This document shows positions 56,335-64,000 of a stretch of 64,000 bases of DNA, one piece after another (within the stretch, counting starts at the first letter, position 1; each line of letters begins with the position of its first letter). Source of the stretch: Cercozoa sp. M6MM (taxonomy: Eukaryota > Protista > Endomyxa: Ascetosporea); NCBI GenBank assembly GCA_040357565.1, contig JBDODJ010000004.1, one strand, 5' to 3'. The notes beneath the pieces are model-generated. The model did not search any database. It saw nothing but the letters and a program-made list of their open reading frames with translations, and was not told the DNA's origin. The translations under genes were made by a program, and so were the position numbers.

Positions 56335-56722
56335 GGTTTCGCTTAGCTGGACGTATCAACATGCCAAAACGTGCAGGACTATCAAAATTCATACCCAATT
56401 CGTCCCGCTCCACGCTGAAGTTGCATTGCTACCAACTTCCAGTCCCAACTAACTGAACTGAAATTGGCTCGGCTGTTGGCCATTCGCGTTCAAAAATCAA
56501 GTCTCTGAACTATTACTATCCAATGTTCCTGGTTCTGATAAATAAGTTACAACTTAAATAAAAGCCTATTCCCAGTATTCTATTTTGTAAATATTTTACT
56601 TGGAGCGTTTCTCAACGCGAGCGAATACCAAAAGTGCAAAAACACGTGAGGTGCCGACGTTTGTATTTATCCGGACTGGATTGCGTATACATGCGCGTGC
56701 TTGCTACATAGGCGTCCGTTGC

Positions 56723-59290
56723 ATGGAGTTAGCGCAGACGGAAGACGCGAGGCTTTTTGAGCAGCTCTTTGCGGCGCATCGCATTGATCCGGCCTGCGAG
56801 TTGTCCGATCTTGACGACAGCGACAGCGATGATGAACATGGCTTGCTTGTGGCAGTTACCTGCGACGACAACATCGAACGGCGCCTTTCTCGACTTTTGC
56901 CACCGCACGGCGAAGTAAGGAGTGAAGACTCCAGTTTGACTGGGTTCGCTCAGCAGCTGGATAACGTTTTCACGCAGTCACACGAATATGCGAACAAGAA
57001 CTGCAGTGGTCTCGAAGAACAGTATGACGAAATGATACCATCAGAGGAGACGGCTTCTGCCTTGATCTCTGCTGCCAACACAGTGGACACCGTGACATCG
57101 CTATGTTCGCTGGAGCTCCAGTCCGAAACGCGGCGGGCAGGCTCCTCGTCCCGCGACAATGAGTCGCGGAGCACCGTGCTTGCAGCTTTGCACCATGAAG
57201 TCGCTTCTGCTGCAACTATGGTTTGCCAACGCAGGGAACGCTTGTCCAACATTAGAGCTCGTGCTGAAGTAAGACGCAAGCGACGTGCACAACAAGAGGC
57301 AGCGCGAATGGTGAAGCTGGCGATAAAATACGAGGAACAACGAGAATTTGCTCGCAAAGCCATGCGGCAAACGCTTTGGCAGCTGGAAAACGAAGTGCAA
57401 CGAAGATGTGAGCAGCGAAAGCAAGAGCAAGCACTGATGTTGCAACGGATCCTCCGAGCATGTCAGAGTGATGCAGTGCGCGAAGCACGAATCCGCGCGA
57501 AGCATGCTATCCAACACCGCAAGACAGCACGGAGACGGACATTCATTGAAGGACCGCTTGCGTTCTTGTTGGAGCGAATGAAGAGGCAGCAGGCATTAGC
57601 AAAAGCTAAGCACGAAGATTCACTTCTAAAAGCTCGATGCGTGTTCGAGCGCGATTTTATGGTTGGCTTTCGTGACCGCGACCTGCAGCTTGCTTATCAA
57701 AAACGCGCTTCAGCTCTACGCGCAATAACCAATTCTCGTGCTGTTTTGTTTGGTGAAGCTACACTTGTTTGCTGTCGAAAGGGACTCTTTTCAGGGTATC
57801 AAGTTGTAAATTGCTCACTCTTGCTGTTTTATTTTTGTCTGGTTGTTGCTTCAGTGTTGTCGGCGACTCGGTGACAACCCATGTCAAGCAATGCAGTGCC
57901 GCAACTGCCATAAAACGGAGATGGCGTGCGTTCAGTTTAAGCCGTTGCGTAAGGCGACGAATACATGTGATGCACGTCGGCGAGGAAAAGACTGTTGCAG
58001 CGAGAAGGCGAACACTTCGTGCTGTTTTTGATGCAGCACTTCTGCTTTATCACCAAAGGCGGTCATTGCGTGCAAGTCGTCATTTGAAAGGACACGCGCG
58101 AAAGCTACGACAACGTGTTTTGCTGATAGGGTTTCGGACTCTGCGCGAGCTCGCGGCAGGATCGCAGATCGAAAACCTACTGCGCGCACGGATGGCATGC
58201 GATGCATTCACGACGACTCGCAAAGCGTTTGCGTTCGTTTTTGAAGCACAAAAAGCGAGAAGGAAACGAGAACAGGCACTCAAGTCTGCTATTGAGGTTG
58301 ATATTGGCGACCAAGTGGAAGGCATTGATATGGATGTATTGGAACGCGAACTGCGCATTCCTGATGAACGCACAGTCTACGGAAAGCTCGTGGATACGAT
58401 TTCTTTCAAGTCACGCGAAGTACCGCTTGACCCACGTTTGCGGTCTCCTCAATATCCACAACCACAAAGTCGGCACAGCTCGCGTCCGAGCACAACAGCC
58501 GAACTGGCAAACGATCTGGCCAGTGAAATGCCACAACACAGTCCTTCGCATGCGGCGACGACACCACGTTTTGCGTTTGCGACTCAAAGCTACGGACATT
58601 ACTACCCAATGTACTCAATGCAGTGCCCGTTGGTGCAACATCCGCCGAGCTTGAAGCATCAAGACCCACAATCCCAACGTTGTCAACAGCAGCAACAACA
58701 ACAGCAGTACCAAGCACAAATCCAACAGCATCAACGCCAACAACAAGAATGTTTGCAACGCGCACAGCAGTATCAACGGCGACCAAGAAAGCAGCGCACT
58801 TCTGATGCCCGGTTGCCTTCGGTAACGCAGCAACAGAGACATGTGTCCAGTGCAAGTGACAGTCGCACCGGTGCCGAAATAGGGGAGAAAGCACGATTTT
58901 CACTGCATAAGCCAAAGCAACAGCAACGATATCACAGCACACGGCTTCCTAAGCTTCCAAGTAACACTCGGCGCAGTTCAAAGAAAGCCAGCGGGCGAGA
59001 CAAAACTGACGCAATTGCTGCCGAGTGGAACGTCAGCAAACGAACCGCTGTATCTATCTTAGTACTTGTGCACGCATCGTGTGTGCTTGGTGCGCATCAA
59101 ACTTATATTGCACAGAAACTGCTGTCAAAGCGCGCGCGGAGACTTGGTGCGCTGGAAAAATAATGCCAGGTCAATTCCTGCTCGGCAATCCAAACTTATT
59201 TACAGTCTCGTGCATACAATGTTGCATTTTGCACACTGGGATCTGGTCCAGGCCACTAAAAAACGTAAGCGTGATTCACGCGGAGTGCCG
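56723..59290 (+). CDS. Large coiled-coil protein with an IQ-like motif and a Q-rich region
   Basis: ORFs 56723-57790 and 57870-59050 joined by an intron. Contains AATAIKRRWRAFSL (IQ-like) and the C-terminal IAAEWNVSKRTA..LLSKRARRL. Confidence 0.65.
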
Positions 59291-59676
59291 AAACAAAAAA
59301 ATTTAAAGCGATGAAATCGCCAAACGTTGTGTGACTACTGCGGTAAGTTGCCCCCATGCGCCCAAGTACAACGCCAGCGTTTGCCGGTGCTTCTGGCGAG
59401 CTGAGCGCGTTTTTCGCGTTTCGCCGCTTTTTCGCCACTGCGGCCCAGACCTGCACATCAGGCGACTGCTGACGTGCCTTCGAGTGTACAAAGTGCGCTT
59501 GCAGGCCGTAGCGTTGTTTTGACGAAAGTCTGGGCCGAATAAGTGTGCTGAGAGCGTGCACAGCGTGCCAGGAATGGCAAACGTATTTTTGAGAGTTAGT
59601 GCTGTGTTTTGGTGATCTGTCGAAATTGCGCTTGTGCACGCATTGTGGATTTGTTGCAGAACAAAGACTGAACACA

Positions 59677-60413
59677 ATGCCGAGCACCAAGGTGTCGACC
59701 AAGCGCCAGCAGGTCGCTGATGGCGTCTTCCACGCTGAGCTGAACGACTTCCTTGCCACCGAGTGCGTTTGTTTATTTTTTCGATGAGATCGTTGGGTGA
59801 TGTGTGTTCGGTGCAATTCAGGCTCGAGAAGGAGGGCTACGCCGGTGTTGAGGTGTCCGTCACGGCCGCCTGCACCAAGGTCAAGATCCGTGTCGTCGAC
59901 CGCGACTCGCTCCTCGACAACAACGGCCTGCGCATCAACGAGATCACCTCGCTCATCCAGAAGCGCTGGGGCTTCAAGCCGAAGGAGCTCCGTGTGTTTG
60001 CCAACAAGGTGTTCCGCACGGGCCTCTCGGCTATGGTGCAGTGCGTCGTCATGCGCGATGCTCTCCTCGACAAGAAGCCGGTGCGCCGCGCCGCCCACGA
60101 GGTCCTCCGCAACGTGCTCCGTGCCGTGCCGCAGGAAGAGGGCGCCAAGGCCACGGTCGGTGCCGAGGTCATTGTGACGGGCAAGCTGCGCGGTGGCCGT
60201 GCCAAGGCCATGAAGTTCACGGCCGGCTACATGATCAAGTCCGGTGATGCCACGAACTACTACATCGACACGGCCACGCGCCACCTCAACCTGCCGCAGG
60301 GTGTGATCGGCATCAAGATCAAGATCCAGCTGCCGCGCGACGTCGAGGGCAAGAGCGGCCCGACGCAGTACCTGCCGGACAAGGTCATCATCGCCGAGCC
60401 CAAGAGCGCCTAA
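59677..60413 (+). CDS. RPS3: 40S ribosomal protein S3 (uS3); exons 59677-59762 and 59822-60413
   Basis: VADGVFHAELNDFL, EGYAGVEV, RINEITSLIQKR, GKLRGGRAKAMKF, QGVIGIKIKI and LPDKVIIAEPK. Confidence 0.97.
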
Positions 60414-60624
60414 GTCACTCTCTTTCGGTCTTGCTAGCTGTTTGCGTGTGGTTACCACCAACTTTCGCAGTACACACACACACACCTCCTCTACGATCCT
60501 CAGTCAGTTTCGTGCGTATTCTACTGCTCGAACTAAAGTAGTTGTCGGAGTGCCCTCAGCACATGCCGATAGAATCAAACTGTTTAAATGTGGTTCGGCC
60601 GGGCTGAGTTTTGTTGCCTACCTG

Positions 60625-61963
60625 ATGCAGACTTCAGGTGTAGCTTGTGAGACTATGGGATGTGTTGGACGCCTTTCCCTTTAGTCTCGGTTGGCAGGCA
60701 GGCAGCTACAACCCGAGAGCAGTGGGCAAAAATGCCGTTTCGACACTTTGGATCGCGTGCTGACAAATCTCAGCCTCATCCCCATGCCGTCAGAAGCAGT
60801 GCAGGTCGTACCACTGACGCCACTTTGACGGGACTGAAGAGGTCTGTGCAGTCTCCCGAGCGCGGTTCGATGCAGCAGCATGAGCACTCAACCCAGATTC
60901 GACTTCATCAAAGTCCGACTTCTCCATCTCGAACGAAAAAGCGAATGACAGAGGACGACGCCAGGCACATTTTGAATGCCTTGCATCGTGTGGAAGGTAT
61001 CCGAAAACAAAGTTTGATGTCGGCAGGGATCATGGAAGGCGGTTGCACATATAAATTTATTGACATCTTGCACAGATGACGTCCAACACATTCGCGGTCT
61101 GTTAGATAAGTACGCCTGGAATGCAACAGAGCGCGAGATGGGCGGTACCTTGGCGCCGCCTGTTAGCAGTCGCTCCGAATCTGCGCAGATTCGACGTCGT
61201 TCGCACTTTGCCGGTACAGTGTATCGATAATTTCGGCTGGGTATTGGTCCTGGTAAACATGTAAATGTACAACTGTATCGACAGGATCCGACGAGTTGCA
61301 CCAGTTGAACACGAGTTCGCGTGATTCTTCAGGAGAGCGTCTCGCTGCCAAGAAACGGCTGTTAGAAGACACGCGGTTTGCGACGCGTCCATTGCCTGCG
61401 ATGGGATCGCCACCGTCTGCCAGTATCCAAAAGCGTCGCTCGATGCTAGAGACCGCACGACGAGCTTCCTTGAAGGGCACAACTACCCATGCCTACGAGG
61501 GTATCGAGACAGAGTCGTCACGTGAACGTATGTTACAACGAGGAACACTGAACGAACCCGCTCATGCCGTGCACGAGGTACATGAAGACACCATCCTGGC
61601 AGAAAACACCGCAGGCGTTATGAAAACAGAGTACGTACAATTTAATAATTCTCACGACACTGCGACACTGTTGGATACAAACCTACGTGGCTGGCTGTTG
61701 TACAGACACGTGCTTGACTTGGAGGGGTCACCAGGCTCCTCGGCGGAAGCAATAACGACAGCAATGGCGCACTTGCAGCTTCACAGCACAGCTCCACATG
61801 TGCACACGTGCAGTCGCAGCAGCGGCTACGAAGAGCGCAAGGACACTGTCGATATGGCGCTGCATCGCCGTCGCTCGCGGAGTCGTACTCAAAGTCGAAG
61901 CGAAGAGGATCGCGTCGATTCCATGCGCATGCCACCTTTGAGACGAGGTACCTGTTAACATCT

Positions 61964-62037
<74 letters not shown>

Positions 62038-62650
62038 TGTGTGTGTGACATGTGTGTGTGTACAGGGAGATTAGTGCACACGTTGCTGCCGCCGACCTTG
62101 CCGCCCGGCTCGAATGCTGTACACATTTGCAATACTGTGTGTGTACTACACACGTGTGCTTTTTAGGGCCGCGGACTGGCTTGGAACCCCTCGGTTTTTG
62201 AGACACCCATGATGTGCTCTGCCCCTTTCGCCGTGTGTGCATGTGTGACTAACAGTATCAAGTGTAGTGCGGTGGCGTTGCCGACTCGCGTTGATCTCTG
62301 GCAGCGCGATCGGCACGGCGGCAAGTTCCAGGCGCTCGCACACCCACTCACTGTCAGTGGTACTTTTTTTTTAATTCAATGCCAAGTGATTCAGTCACTT
62401 GTGTGCCTCTGTTTTAGGTGACGCCCAGTTGCAGGACGTTGCGTGGGCTCGCAATCTAGGCCGCTCGCAGCACTGTCTGGCCGCTGCTTTGTACTTTGTC
62501 TCACAGGTGACAATATACTGTACTGTGCATGCTATGCGGTAGGACTGATGGTCGAGTGGCCGTGTGGACGTTGCGAGGTGTGCTTTTTGGTTTGCTAGCG
62601 TACATGTTGATGCAAGTAAATTGAGCAGGTGCTGCTCCGTCACAGCGCAC
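60625..62650 (+). CDS. Orphan low-complexity R/S-rich multi-exon gene
   Basis: ORFs 60700-61020 and 61285-61947 with later small exons and a (GT)n intron at 61966-62047. Both ends are uncertain. Confidence 0.45.
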
Positions 62651-62771
62651 CCTTACGATGCTTGATGCCTTCGATCATGAAGATGGTGAGGATACCATTG
62701 AGATTGACGAGAGGTGCGAATTGTGGCGTGTATCATTCGATCCCACGGGAACCGTTCTTGCTGCTAGGTAG

Positions 62772-63150
62772 TTTATCCAACACACATTTAGCAGTGTTTT
62801 CTCTTTCTTTGGTTGGGAACGCAATTTTACGTTTTTGCACTGTAGCGACGCTCGTGGCGACACGCATGCCTGGCGCTGGTCCGTCACGCACGCAGCTTGG
62901 CGTCGGACGCCACTCGTCAGCACTGGCGGCGCCTCGACTGGCTCGTCCTCGACCTCATCAGCGTCACAGCATTAACATGTGGCTTTTACTTTGCCTTCTG
63001 TTAATTATACCCATCGGTCTTTACCTTGGTTTATTCAACACGCAGTTTGCAGTGTTTTCTCTTTCTTTGGTTCGGAACACGATTCTACGTTTTTGCTCTT
63101 TGCCGATGCGGTTAATTGTGGCTTTTACTTTGGTTTGGAACGCAATTTTT
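62772..63150. repeat. ~70-bp imperfect direct repeat (62772-62840, 63030-63099, partial 63123-63150)
   Basis: The core gcagtgttttctctttctttggtt.ggaac is shared between copies. Confidence 0.85.
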
Positions 63151-64000
63151 CTTTGCCTTTCCGTTTACAGTAGGTAGTCTATTCTCAAATCCCTGATCTG
63201 ATCGACTGGACTGGTGACTTGATCACTGATCACGATCGGATCGCACGAATGACCCGATTTCAATCAACTGACAACTGAAACGAAATGAAACGCGTGGCTC
63301 GCGTTTTCAACCACTCTAATGCCCATTTGTTTCGCATCTACACTATCTTCTTCCGTATTGCTTGTGGAGTTGTCGATAGGATCGGACTGAGATGAATCGC
63401 GGTCCCAGCGTTTTTCCCGATTCCGCGTTTTCCAGGAGGGATTGGAGCGAATACCGAAAATCTGTGCTTTTGTCTTTTTGGAAGGTGAGACACGTGTTAG
63501 CACCTGGTAAGATAGTCTCTCGGGTTTTTGCTTGTGCGTCAGCGAGCATAAGGTCTTGTCGGTGTTCCAGGAGGATTTGTTTCGTATTTCCATCAGTTCT
63601 GTTCTCGGTGAGTTGAGTGAGAACTGTCAAGAGATTACTCCGTGCGAAACGAGCTGGAAGAACTAGAAAGCAAAGATGTGGGCTTGGATTTGGGGCGATG
63701 GGTCAGTCGAGAAGTCCAAAAATGTAGGATTCTGGTCTTTTCTGTTGAGGCTACCCGACAATATCGATCTTGCAGAGCGAGGAAACCTGGGAAGAAGTCA
63801 GTGAAACAATGTCCCTGGAACAACAGGTTCAGGCGCTGCAGCGTCAGGTAGCGTTTACGCAGCACTGGGCTTAATGACAACGAAAACTGAGTGCTGTATT
63901 CAGGTGCGTCAGTTAAACTTGCGACTGTCACAACTTGAGCGTCCTGAAATGCCAAGCACCGTCCAACACGGCATCATCGCTTTGGAACCAACGCATCCGC

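Noticed and set aside
56420-56436. X-box-like motif upstream of RSP4/6
   Set aside because: Poor match to the RFX consensus and absent upstream of DRC3.
59256-60485. 409-aa minus-strand ORF (likewise 274-1092)
   Set aside because: Antisense shadows of the GC3-rich RPS3 and ATPase exons.

Overview
Gene-dense, intron-rich nuclear DNA from a eukaryote, most likely a flagellated protist; the taxon cannot be fixed from this window. It uses the standard code (TAA, TAG and TGA all end genes). Introns are short (about 50-130 nt) GT-AG introns, often swollen by (GT/CA)n microsatellites, and five N-gaps all sit in such repeats. Recognisable genes are a Na+/K+-ATPase alpha 3' end, an SMC1 3' fragment, MPDU1, Bub2/Cdc16, DRC3, FAM135, VPS25, RPL35, an ACL4-like TPR protein, oligoribonuclease REXO2, radial spoke head RSP4/6 and a divergent RPS3. 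There is also a probable PEX26/APEM9-like peroxin and about a dozen orphan genes. Most notable non-genic signals: (1) four copies of an ~80-bp SINE-like element, each lying tail-first just downstream of a stop codon, one with a perfect 14-bp target duplication that creates the host gene's stop codon; (2) a ~3.1-kb TIR-bounded element carrying a Ulp1/SENP-type protease domain; (3) a 205-bp MITE-like inverted repeat with a G-run core; (4) a strongly base-paired ~160-nt intergenic segment; (5) an unusual GTAC-dominated 5' splice-site consensus lacking +5G. All homology calls come from motif recognition by eye, not database searches, and exon boundaries were traced by hand.
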